This document shows positions 63,637-64,000 of a DNA stretch of 64,000 nucleotides, in pieces. The notes below the pieces were generated by a model. That model saw only the letters and a program-made list of their open reading frames with translations, made no database searches and was not told where the DNA came from. The DNA is from Promethearchaeota archaeon. Lineage in GTDB: Archaea; Asgardarchaeota; Lokiarchaeia; Sigyniarchaeales; SOKP01. The stretch lies in assembly GCA_019058445.1 (NCBI GenBank), contig JAHPZA010000009.1:256001-320000 (forward strand), in the 5' to 3' direction. The translations under genes were made by a program, and so were the position numbers. Every line of letters starts with the position of its first letter. Positions within the stretch are counted from its first letter, which is position 1.

Positions 63637-64000
63637 CTACTCTTCTTTCCAGCAATGTTTATCTAATTTGCATTCGCATTTACTAAAATTAAAGTCAAAT
63701 GGTATAACAAAATCGGTCATAATATCTGTAATTAGATTTATCGTAACTTTAAGTACATCAGGATCGCTTCTTAAGTGAATATTGACAATCCTTTCGATGT
63801 CTTCAATCGTAAAACCTGCCATCATAATACTCATATTTATATTACCGCTCAGTCTAAAACAATTCAAGAGAAATGGACATTTTTTAACAATGTCATATAT
63901 ATTATCAGGGTTGTTTGTCTGGAGATCAACTCTTGCAAAATACATATCGGCTGCTTTCAGATTTATTCCTGCTTGAAACTGTAGGACGCCTTGCTCTTCA
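63637..64000 (-). CDS. Lrp/AsnC transcriptional regulator (5' end outside the window)
   Basis: EEQGVLQFQAGINLK..CPFLLNCFRLSGN; the frame stays open to the window edge. Confidence 0.85.
   Translation of the reverse strand, partial: EEQGVLQFQAGINLKAADMYFARVDLQTNNPDNIYDIVKKCPFLLNCFRLSGNINMSIMMAGFTIEDIERIVNIHLRSDPDVLKVTINLITDIMTDFVIPFDFNFSKCECKLDKHCWKEE

Noticed and set aside
1-64000. CRISPR array, rRNA, tRNA, IS transposase or integrase
   Set aside because: None recognised by eye. The periodic repeats seen are protein-coding (LRR, NosD, coiled coil). Stop-free in-frame BHB introns elsewhere cannot be excluded without a computational scan.

Overview
AT-rich archaeal chromosomal window, most likely from an Asgard archaeon of the Lokiarchaeia type. 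This is inferred from gene content: tandem roadblock protein, three MPN/JAB proteins, HEAT-LRR proteins, a 7TM membrane family, PAC2 chaperone and AfpA. Most of the window is housekeeping or metabolic: CopA copper locus, IscS/IscU plus SufC/SufBD-type Fe-S assembly, peptidases, ADP-forming acyl-CoA ligase, a beta-CASP nuclease and Lrp regulators. The standout is a ChlI/ChlD-like AAA+/vWA gene (13641..11404, minus) that looks broken by a TAG stop. It actually carries a 30-nt insertion (13043..13072) that folds into a canonical bulge-helix-bulge (BHB). Cutting at the standard BHB positions restores the conserved NPEEGELRPQ motif, making it a candidate protein-coding mRNA intron spliced by the tRNA-splicing machinery. 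Other highlights are an active/inactive MPN+/MPN- coiled-coil gene pair resembling Rpn11-Rpn8 or BRCC36-Abraxas, three split Pls-type TM+hexapeptide genes, likely ATT/ATA start codons, and a decayed island of about 6.6 kb between two Lrp copies. The island encodes a giant-protein fragment ending in a GIY-YIG nuclease, followed by a possible immunity-LRR gene. No rRNA, tRNA or CRISPR array was recognised. All calls are by eye; no searches were run.
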